12,801 nt of DNA from a bacterium. GTDB taxonomy: Bacteria > Sysuimicrobiota > Sysuimicrobiia > Sysuimicrobiales > Kaftiobacteriaceae. This document shows positions 6,668 to 12,801 of the stretch, one piece after another (position 1 is the first letter of the stretch; each line of letters starts with the position of its first letter). The stretch covers positions 1 to 12,801 of the forward strand of contig JBIOWP010000068.1 in NCBI GenBank assembly GCA_044868695.1, given 5' to 3'. Below the pieces are notes generated by a model. That model was not told where the DNA came from and ran no database searches. It worked only from the letters and a program-made list of their open reading frames with translations. The position numbers and the translations under genes were made by a program.

Positions 6668-8133
6668 ACGCGCCGGAGCTCTGTGCCTGTGACGCGATCG
6701 GCGTCGGCCTCCTGGCCGACGCGCCCGCGCAGGAAGGCCCCGCCGCGAGACTCGACAAAGCTCTGGGCGGACTCCTCTCCGCCGTCATCGCCGAGGAAAA
6801 GTTTGACGCCAAGCCGACTCGAACAATGGTGGTGCACACACACGGCCGGATCCCTGCCAAGCGGGTCATCGTCGCCGGGCTGGGCCCTCGGGCCTCGGTC
6901 ACCCTCGACCATCTCCGGCAGGCCGCCGCGGCGGTGATCCGGCAGGCCTCGCGGGTCCACGCGGACCACCTGGCACTCCCGGCGCTTGCCCTCACGACAT
7001 TTCCGGTTGAGGCGGTCGCACAGGCGCGGGTAGAAGGCGCCGTGCTGGGCGCGTACCGCTTCACCCGCTACAAGCAGGATGAGGGCGGCCGGGTCTCGCG
7101 GGTCACGCTGCTGGCCGCGGATCCCGCCCAGCAGCGCGGCATCGAAGCCGGCCTCGCGCGGGGGCGGCTGTTCGCGGAGGCCGCGGGATTCGCCCGCGAC
7201 CTGGTCAACGAGCCGCCCAACGAGCTGCCGCCGATCCGGCTGGCGGAAGTCGCCGCGGAAACCGCCCGCAAAGCCGGCCTCCGCTGCACGGTCCTCGACG
7301 TCGATGCCATGAAAGCGCTGGGCATGGGCGCGATCCTGGCCATCGGCGCCGGCAGCGACCAGCCGCCGCGGATGATCGTCATGGAGTACGCGCCGCCAAA
7401 AGCGAAGCGGTTCGTGGCGCTGGTCGGGAAAGGCGTCTGCTATGACAGCGGGGGCATCAACCTCAAGACGGCGGACCTGGAATGGATGAAATCCGACATG
7501 GCCGGCGGCGCCGCCGTTCTCGCGACGATGCAGTGCCTCCCGGCGCTCCGCCTCCCCGTCAGGGTCCTGGGCGTCGTGGCGGCGGTAGAAAATCTCCCCA
7601 GCGGTCGAGCGGTGAAGCCGGGCGACATCGTCCGCGCAATGAACGGCAAAACGATCGAGATCAACAATACCGACGCGGAAGGCCGCGTGATCCTCGCCGA
7701 TGCCCTGGCCTACGCGGCGCAGCAGGACCCGGAAGAAATCATCGACCTGGCCACGCTCACCGGCTCTGCCATCGTCGCCCTCGGGTACCTGGCGGCCGCG
7801 GTGATGAGCAACGATCAGGGGTTGGCGCAGCGGCTGCTGCAGGCGGCAGAGCAGGCCGGCGAACGCCTGTGGCAGCTCCCACTCTATGAAGAGTTTCTCG
7901 AGAACATGCGCAGCCCCATCGCCGACCTGCACAACTCGGGGTCGCGCTACGGCGGCGCCCAGAAGGGGGCGATTTTCCTCCGTGAATTCGTCGGCGGCCG
8001 GCCGTGGGCGCATCTGGACATCGCACCGACGGCCTTCCTCGAGAAGGATGAGGGGACGAACCCCTACCTCCCCAAGGGCGCGACCGGCTACGGCGTGCGC
8101 ACCCTGCTCACGTACCTCTCGTCACGGACGTAG
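6646..8133 (+). CDS. pepA: Leucyl aminopeptidase (peptidase M17)
   Basis: VGKGVCYDSGG, MKSDMAG, the M17 signature NTDAEGRVILADAL, DLATLTG and WAHLDIA. 495 aa, GTG start preceded by GGGGGTG, overlapping the upstream gene by 22 bp. Confidence 0.96.
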   Translation: MEFAVSLDAPELCACDAIGVGLLADAPAQEGPAARLDKALGGLLSAVIAEEKFDAKPTRTMVVHTHGRIPAKRVIVAGLGPRASVTLDHLRQAAAAVIRQASRVHADHLALPALALTTFPVEAVAQARVEGAVLGAYRFTRYKQDEGGRVSRVTLLAADPAQQRGIEAGLARGRLFAEAAGFARDLVNEPPNELPPIRLAEVAAETARKAGLRCTVLDVDAMKALGMGAILAIGAGSDQPPRMIVMEYAPPKAKRFVALVGKGVCYDSGGINLKTADLEWMKSDMAGGAAVLATMQCLPALRLPVRVLGVVAAVENLPSGRAVKPGDIVRAMNGKTIEINNTDAEGRVILADALAYAAQQDPEEIIDLATLTGSAIVALGYLAAAVMSNDQGLAQRLLQAAEQAGERLWQLPLYEEFLENMRSPIADLHNSGSRYGGAQKGAIFLREFVGGRPWAHLDIAPTAFLEKDEGTNPYLPKGATGYGVRTLLTYLSSRT

Positions 8134-8781
8134 GACCCAGATTTCCTGCTGTGCCGGGAGGACGGCCGCCGTCAGCGTCGCCGCCTTCCCGACGTGCTTC
8201 ACGCGCGGTTTGCCCGTAAGGAACGCGTCCGGGGTCGCGATCGGCCAGTCCTTGTTCACGTCGGTCTTGAAGTGCATCGGGATCACGATGCGCGGGCGGA
8301 GCTGGCCGATCACCGCGTCCGCCTCCTTCGGACCGATCGTGTAGTGCCCTCCGACCGGGATCATCAGCACGTCGACGCGGCCGGCGTCCCGGAGCTGTTC
8401 GCTCGACAGCGTGTGGCCGAGATCGCCGGCGTGGAGGATGCGCAGTCCCTCCACCTCAAAGAGAAACGCCGCGTTCTTCCCCCGCTCGGAGCCCTGCGTG
8501 GCGTCATGGTAGGTGTGGATGGAGGAGATCGCCACGGGCCCGACGCGCTCGCGGACCTCGGCCCACTCTGTGCCGCCGTCGCGCAGCCCGCGGATCACCT
8601 GGGGGGAGCCCTTGGCCATCTGCACGTAGCTGTGGTCGGAGTGCTCGTGCGACAGGACTACGGCCGCCGGGCGGACGTCGGGGAGCGGGTACCCGACCTC
8701 TTCGTTGAACGGGTCGATCAGGATCGACGTGCCGTCTGCCTCCAGCAGGAACGACGCGTGCCCATAATAGGTGAGTTTCAC
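8122..8781 (-). CDS. Metallo-beta-lactamase-fold metal-dependent hydrolase (Lactamase_B_3/UPF0173-like)
   Basis: MKLTYYGHASF, ILIDPF, SHEHSDH (HxHxDH), YHD, HAGDLG, PVGG..T and IPMHF. GTG start with SD GGAGGCGGAG. Confidence 0.92.
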   Translation of the reverse strand: MKLTYYGHASFLLEADGTSILIDPFNEEVGYPLPDVRPAAVVLSHEHSDHSYVQMAKGSPQVIRGLRDGGTEWAEVRERVGPVAISSIHTYHDATQGSERGKNAAFLFEVEGLRILHAGDLGHTLSSEQLRDAGRVDVLMIPVGGHYTIGPKEADAVIGQLRPRIVIPMHFKTDVNKDWPIATPDAFLTGKPRVKHVGKAATLTAAVLPAQQEIWVLRP

Positions 8782-8793
8782 GATCTCCGCCTC

Positions 8794-9474
8794 CTACCCC
8801 GTGCGGCTCAGCGCCGACTCATACACCCACGCCGCCAGCACGCCGCCGAGCAGCGGACCCGCCCAGTAGACGAGCTGGTTCCGCCAGAAACCGGAGAACA
8901 GGGCCGGACCGAACGCCCGGGCGGGATTCATCGCGCCTCCGGTCAGCGCACCGGCGGCCAGGATGTCCATCGCGATGACCAGGCCGATCATGAGCGGCGC
9001 GATCGTCCGCGGACCACGCGCGTCCACGGCAACGCCGAAGATGACGAAGACCAGCAGGAACGTGAGAATGGCTTCGATGACGACCCCGACCCCGGACGTG
9101 ATGCCGCGGGCCAGTGCCGGCGTCCCGAGGTGAGCGGCCTGCCGGGCCGCCTCGGGGAACGACGCCGTCAACAGCAGCGCGCCGACGGACGCGCCGGCAA
9201 GCTGGGCGAGCACGTACCTGGCGCCCTGGCGGACGGTCAGGCGCCGCGCCGCCACAAAGCCGGCGGTGACGGCCGGGTTGAGATGCCCGCCGGACAGGTG
9301 GCCCGTGGCGGACACCAGGGTGGCGATGGCGAGGCCGTGGGCCAGGGCAATGCCGGTGATGCCCACTCGCCCTCCGGTGAGCTGATCTGCGATCACCGCG
9401 CCGGCGCCGATAAAGATGAGGGCAAACGTCCCAACCGCTTCTGCAAGCTCCGCCCTCCACGAGGATGAACTCAT
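8794..9474 (-). CDS. MIP family channel (aquaporin) with a TIP/AQP8-like selectivity filter
   Basis: AEAVGTF, SGGHLNPAVT (NPA1), AQLAGA, E..LTF and GGAMNPARAFGP (NPA2), plus six hydrophobic segments. SD AAAAGGAG at 9482-9489. Confidence 0.96.
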   Translation of the reverse strand: MSSSSWRAELAEAVGTFALIFIGAGAVIADQLTGGRVGITGIALAHGLAIATLVSATGHLSGGHLNPAVTAGFVAARRLTVRQGARYVLAQLAGASVGALLLTASFPEAARQAAHLGTPALARGITSGVGVVIEAILTFLLVFVIFGVAVDARGPRTIAPLMIGLVIAMDILAAGALTGGAMNPARAFGPALFSGFWRNQLVYWAGPLLGGVLAAWVYESALSRTG

Positions 9475-9491
9475 CGTCTCGCTCCTTTTCC

Positions 9492-10460
9492 CTAGGCGTG
9501 CAGTTCAATCATGTCGCCGTCTTCGAGCACGTGGTCGCGTCCCACCATCTGGCCCTGGTATTCGTCCGCGCCCCAGAGGCGCGCGTACTTGAGTCTGGCC
9601 ACAAAGTCCTTGTGGATGGCCTGCGCGGCATCGAGCACGGTCGCGCCCTGCTTCAAGATGAACGGCGCGGAATTATCCGCCTTGCGGCCCGGTGCCTTGC
9701 TGTAGACGCGGATGACCTCGAGCAGCTGGAACATCGCCCTCCGCAGCTCCGGCTGCCCCGTCCCCCGCGTGGCGGACACGGGAACAACCGGTAGCGCGCC
9801 GTGGGCCTGGCGGACCAGCGCCAGGCGGGAGGGCGCTCCTGGCGCGTCGACCTTGTTGGCAACAGCCAGGGCCCGCTTCTGGTGCGGCTCACGGGATTCC
9901 GCGCCGAGGGCAAGCTTCGACCGCTCCAGCAACGCACGCACGCCATCGGCCTGCGCCAGAACGTCATCGGTGGACAGGTCCACCACCAGCGCGATGGCAT
10001 CTGCGCTGCGGATGATGCTGTAGAGCCATCCCTCGGTGATCTCGGGGGTCACGGGCGGCAGATCGACCAGCTGGATTTGCACGTTTTCATACGCCATCAT
10101 CCCGGGAAGGGGGACGCGGGTGGTGAACGGGTAATCGGCGATCTCCGGCTGCGCGTTCGTCAGCGCCCGGAGCAGCGAGGACTTCCCCACGTTCGGCGCA
10201 CCGACCAGGGCGATCTGCCCGGCGCCCTCCCGATCGACGTGATAGAACGGCCGGCCGCGCGCCGCGCTCCGCTTCTGCTGCGAGCTAGCCCGCAGCTTCG
10301 CGATGCGGCGTTTCAGGTCGGCCTGCATCTTCTCCGTCCCTTTGTGCTTGGGGATGGTCGCCAGCATTTCTTCCAGCGCCGCGAGTTTGTCCTGCGGCGT
10401 CGTGGCCGCCTTGAACCGCCGGTCCGCTTCGAGGTATTGGGGTGTCAGATTGGCCGGCAT
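9492..10460 (-). CDS. OBG/DRG-like GTP-binding protein with a C-terminal TGS domain
   Basis: DRG-like N-terminal helical segment (LEEMLATIPKHKGTEKMQADLKRRIAKLR), G1 GAPNVGKS, G2 YPFTT, G3 DLPP, G4 NKVD, G5 VSA, then TGS-type IRVYSK...ATVLDAAQAIHKDF...ARLWG...HVLEDGDMIELH. Confidence 0.92.
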   Translation of the reverse strand: MPANLTPQYLEADRRFKAATTPQDKLAALEEMLATIPKHKGTEKMQADLKRRIAKLRASSQQKRSAARGRPFYHVDREGAGQIALVGAPNVGKSSLLRALTNAQPEIADYPFTTRVPLPGMMAYENVQIQLVDLPPVTPEITEGWLYSIIRSADAIALVVDLSTDDVLAQADGVRALLERSKLALGAESREPHQKRALAVANKVDAPGAPSRLALVRQAHGALPVVPVSATRGTGQPELRRAMFQLLEVIRVYSKAPGRKADNSAPFILKQGATVLDAAQAIHKDFVARLKYARLWGADEYQGQMVGRDHVLEDGDMIELHA

Positions 10461-10476
10461 CCGCTACACGACGGAA

Positions 10477-11601
10477 CTAGAAGATTTCAAACTTCTTCAG
10501 CACACGTTCGTCGAGTTCCAGGCCCAACCCAGGTCGCTGGGGCACGTCGATCATCCCCTCGCGCGGCTCGGGAAACGGCTCACGAAACAGATCCCGCAGC
10601 GGGTTCGGCGCAAAGAAGTACTCGTATGTCATCAGGTTGGGCACGCTGGCGGCGACGTGTAGCGACGCCAGGTGCGACACGCCGGCCGAGAAGCCGGTGT
10701 GCGGGGCGTACCGGAGGTTGTGCGCGTGGACCAGCGCGCCGACGCGCCGCGCGCCGGTGAACCCGCCGACGCGGGCCACGTCCGGCTGCAGGATGTCGAT
10801 CGCGCCGCGCCGGATCAACTCGCGGAATCCGAAGACGCCGAACTCGCTTTCCCCGGCCGCGATGGGGATGCCCTGCCGCTCCCGGACCCGCTGGTATCCG
10901 TCGAGGTCGTCGGCCGGCACAGGCTCCTCAATCCACGCGATGTCGGCGTCCTCGAGCTGGCGGCCCACCGTGATCGCGGTGGATGCGTCGTACGCGCTGT
11001 TCACATCCAGCATGAGATCGACTGCGGGACCGACCGCCTCGCGGATCGCTTTCACCGATGCCACGTCCGCCCGCCGGCCGCCCATCTGCCGGTTCCGGCC
11101 GATCTTGACCTTGACGGCCGTATGCCCGCGCCGCACCTGGTCGACGGCCTGCGCCGACATCTGCGTGACCTCGGCAAAGTACACCGAGGACGCATAACAC
11201 GGCACGCGGGACCGCCCCGCACCGCCCAGCACTTTGTACACCGGCAGCCCCGCCGCTTGGGCGACAACGTCCCACAGGGCGGTATCGATTCCACTGATCG
11301 CCTCGAAGACGAAGCCGCGGTAGTGCCCCCACCCGCGCAGCTGCTGGAACATCTCGTCCCAGAGGCCTTCGGCGTCCCGCGGATCGCGGCCGGTGATGAC
11401 CGGCGCCAGCATCTGCTCGACGACGGCTTTCGTCACCTGGGGCGCCTTGCGGACGATGCACTCGCCGATCCCGCGCAACCCGTCGTCGGTGGAAATCTCG
11501 ACGAGCGTCGTCGAAAACGTCGGGAAGGCACCGATCCCGAACTGAATCGGCTTCTCCAGGGTCCCCGCCAGCATGCGGCACTTGACTCCTGTGATCTTCA
11601 T
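10477..11601 (-). CDS. Enolase-superfamily enzyme, mandelate racemase subgroup, substrate unknown
   Basis: Capping domain (LVEISTDDGLRGIGE; AISGIDTALWD; PVYKVLGG), KxK motif (VKVKIG), metal ligands D (MLDVN), E (WIEEP) and E (AGESE), DILQPD, and His in YAPHT. Confidence 0.94.
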   Translation of the reverse strand: MKITGVKCRMLAGTLEKPIQFGIGAFPTFSTTLVEISTDDGLRGIGECIVRKAPQVTKAVVEQMLAPVITGRDPRDAEGLWDEMFQQLRGWGHYRGFVFEAISGIDTALWDVVAQAAGLPVYKVLGGAGRSRVPCYASSVYFAEVTQMSAQAVDQVRRGHTAVKVKIGRNRQMGGRRADVASVKAIREAVGPAVDLMLDVNSAYDASTAITVGRQLEDADIAWIEEPVPADDLDGYQRVRERQGIPIAAGESEFGVFGFRELIRRGAIDILQPDVARVGGFTGARRVGALVHAHNLRYAPHTGFSAGVSHLASLHVAASVPNLMTYEYFFAPNPLRDLFREPFPEPREGMIDVPQRPGLGLELDERVLKKFEIF

Positions 11602-12356
11602 CGGAACATGTCCTTCGCCGGCTCCCGCAGCAGGGTGCGCGCCCCGGCGCGGCCCGGCTCGATCCGCACTCCGCGGATCAACACCACCGGCGTCCCTTCG
11701 GCGGCCTGGCCCTGCAGCAGGCTGGCGGCGGACGCCAGCTCGTCCGCAACGCCTTCCACCGAGGTCTGCAGCACGTAGCCGTACAGATCCTCCCGGCCGA
11801 CGTAGCTGTGAAGCGGCTCCATGCCGGCGAGGCCGATGGCGACTCCGATCGCGCCCTCGCGGAATGGCCGGCCGTGCGTGTCGTTGATGATCACCCCGAC
11901 CCGCACGCCCAGCGCGTCGTCCAGCGTCCGGCGGATCGCCTCAGCGGAGGCGTCCGGGTCCTTCGGTAAGGTGGCCACCCATTGTGGACCAAGACCGACG
12001 TTGCTGTGATCAACGCCCGCGTTCGCACAGATGAATCCCAGCCGGTGTTCGGCGATGATAAGCCCGGGCCGCACCCGCACCACGGCGCGAGACTCGTTGA
12101 GAATGACCTGACACAACCGGGGATCCTTCTTCGCTTCCTCCGCCAGCGCCAGCGCCTGCGGCCCAGGCGTGACGTCGTCCAGATTAACGACGCTGCCTTC
12201 GGCCTTGGAGACCACCTTCTGGGCGACCACCAGGACGTCCAGATCCTCCGGCGCCACGTCGTTGAAACGAAAGATGTCCAGGATCATGCCCGGGAGATCG
12301 GCGCCGGGCCGGATGTCGGGGAACCCTACGGGAACCCAGACCGTCAGCGTGCGCAT
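11598..12356 (-). CDS. cofE: Coenzyme F420-0:L-glutamate ligase (stand-alone CofE)
   Basis: PDIRPGADL, DVLVVAQKVVSKAEG, ICANAGVDHSN, LPKDPDASA, DTHGRPFREG, VADELASAA..L.GQ and PVVLIRG. 252 aa with no C-terminal nitroreductase domain. Its TGA overlaps the next gene's ATG (ATGA, 11598-11601). Confidence 0.95.
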   Translation of the reverse strand: MRTLTVWVPVGFPDIRPGADLPGMILDIFRFNDVAPEDLDVLVVAQKVVSKAEGSVVNLDDVTPGPQALALAEEAKKDPRLCQVILNESRAVVRVRPGLIIAEHRLGFICANAGVDHSNVGLGPQWVATLPKDPDASAEAIRRTLDDALGVRVGVIINDTHGRPFREGAIGVAIGLAGMEPLHSYVGREDLYGYVLQTSVEGVADELASAASLLQGQAAEGTPVVLIRGVRIEPGRAGARTLLREPAKDMFR

Positions 12357-12361
12357 GACTG

Positions 12362-12487
12362 AACGACGGGACCAGCGACCGGGGACCGGGGGCCAGAGCT
12401 CAACCCATGTGTCCGCGGATCAATGTGACGTCGCACCGACAACAGCCTCCCTCCGGTCCCTGGTCCCTGGTCCCAGGTCCCGTAGTT
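12362..12487. repeat. Inverted tandem-heptamer element 2: 4 GGGACCA-like units, 58-nt spacer, 4 TGGTCCC-type units, with complementary flanks
   Basis: Left arm 12368-12395: GGGACCA GCGACCG GGGACCG GGGGCCA, then GAG. Right arm 12454-12481: CGGTCCC TGGTCCC TGGTCCC AGGTCCC, preceded by CTC. Outer flanks AACGAC (12362-12367) and GTAGTT (12482-12487) pair at 5 of 6 positions. It fills almost the whole npdG-cofE intergenic region. Confidence 0.88.
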
Positions 12488-12491
12488 GTCT

Positions 12492-12801
12492 TCAATCAAG
12501 GCCCGCAATCTGGATTCCAAGGTCGCGGCGCTTGTACCGCTTGTTGATCATCATGAGGACCCAGGCCAGCGGCTCCAGCACGCGTGCGTGCGCCAGCGGG
12601 CCGGCATCCACGGCCCGCATCCCGATCGCCCGGACGAGGGCCGCCGCCGTGTCCTTGGCTCCGGCATCGTCGCCGCACAGCAGTACGTCGCCGTGGGGTG
12701 GTCTCGTGAGATCGGCAAGCATCGGCGCGCTCACCGTGTGAAACCCGGCGACGATGCGCGCGCCGGGGAGGAGAGTCCGGGCATCTTCCGCCGCGGATCC
12801 C
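12492..12801 (-). CDS. npdG: NADPH-dependent F420 reductase (F420H2:NADP+ oxidoreductase, Fno), C-terminal part; 5' end lies beyond the right edge
   Basis: The frame is open to the window edge: GSAAEDARTLLPGARIVAGFHTVSAPMLAD...DVLLCGDDAGAK...GMRAVDAGPLAHARVLE.L...LMMINKRYK...GIQIAGL. GSAAE, AFH/GFHTVSA, CGDD..AK, DAG.L..AR.LE and IN..YK are typical of NpdG/Fno. It lies next to cofE. Confidence 0.9.
   Translation of the reverse strand, partial: GSAAEDARTLLPGARIVAGFHTVSAPMLADLTRPPHGDVLLCGDDAGAKDTAAALVRAIGMRAVDAGPLAHARVLEPLAWVLMMINKRYKRRDLGIQIAGLD

Noticed and set aside
6664..8013. 449-aa minus-strand ORF, and similar long ORFs at 14..535, 1403..2173, 3367..4389, 8194..9468, 9801..10760 and 10672..11778
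   Set aside because: All lie opposite better-supported genes and show no family motifs. Stop-poor antisense frames are expected at this GC content.
8122..8781. MBL-fold gene as an antibiotic-resistance beta-lactamase
   Set aside because: It has no signal peptide, and the sequence pattern fits the cytoplasmic UPF0173/Lactamase_B_3-type hydrolases.
5675..11601. Cyclodeaminase-family reductase plus enolase-family enzyme as a hydroxyproline or proline-betaine pathway
   Set aside because: The genes are in opposite operons, the enolase member has MR-type (His) rather than MLE-type features, and no proline racemase or transporter is present.
12424..12435. Near-palindrome TGTGACGTCGCA as a CRP/FNR-type site
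   Set aside because: It does not fit TGTGA-N6-TCACA spacing and is short enough to occur by chance.
12482..12485. GTAG next to hairpin 2 as a canonical REP/RAYT signature
   Set aside because: In GTAG-family REPs the tetranucleotide lies 5' of the hairpin. Here it is on the 3' side, it is absent from element 1, and no RAYT gene is present.

Overview
GC-rich bacterial chromosomal window (roughly 69% G+C by eye), densely coding, with 14 credible CDSs and no tRNA, rRNA, CRISPR array, transposase or integrase. Left to right: a minus-strand operon transcribed yceI-like > M20 dipeptidase > tandem hot-dog acyl-CoA thioesterase > DedA (cut by the left edge); an unrecognised plus-strand membrane protein; a minus-strand Nudix hydrolase-SAM methyltransferase fusion; a plus-strand pair of ornithine cyclodeaminase/mu-crystallin family protein and M17 leucyl aminopeptidase; and a minus-strand run transcribed npdG/Fno (cut by the right edge) > cofE > mandelate-racemase-subgroup enzyme > DRG-like TGS GTPase > aquaporin > metallo-beta-lactamase-fold hydrolase. 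The most striking non-coding signal is two separate elements (4287-4387 and 12362-12487) made of inverted tandem arrays of the heptamer GGGACCA/TGGTCCC around unrelated spacers. The most interesting proteins are the Nudix-methyltransferase fusion, an aquaporin with a plant TIP2/AQP8-type H-I-G-R filter, an ACOT7-like half-of-sites thioesterase that probably starts at CTG, and a DRG-like GTPase with a DxxP G3 motif. Most other long ORFs in the track are antisense shadows typical of high-GC DNA. All family calls come from motif recognition by eye; no database searches were run, so novelty is unverified.
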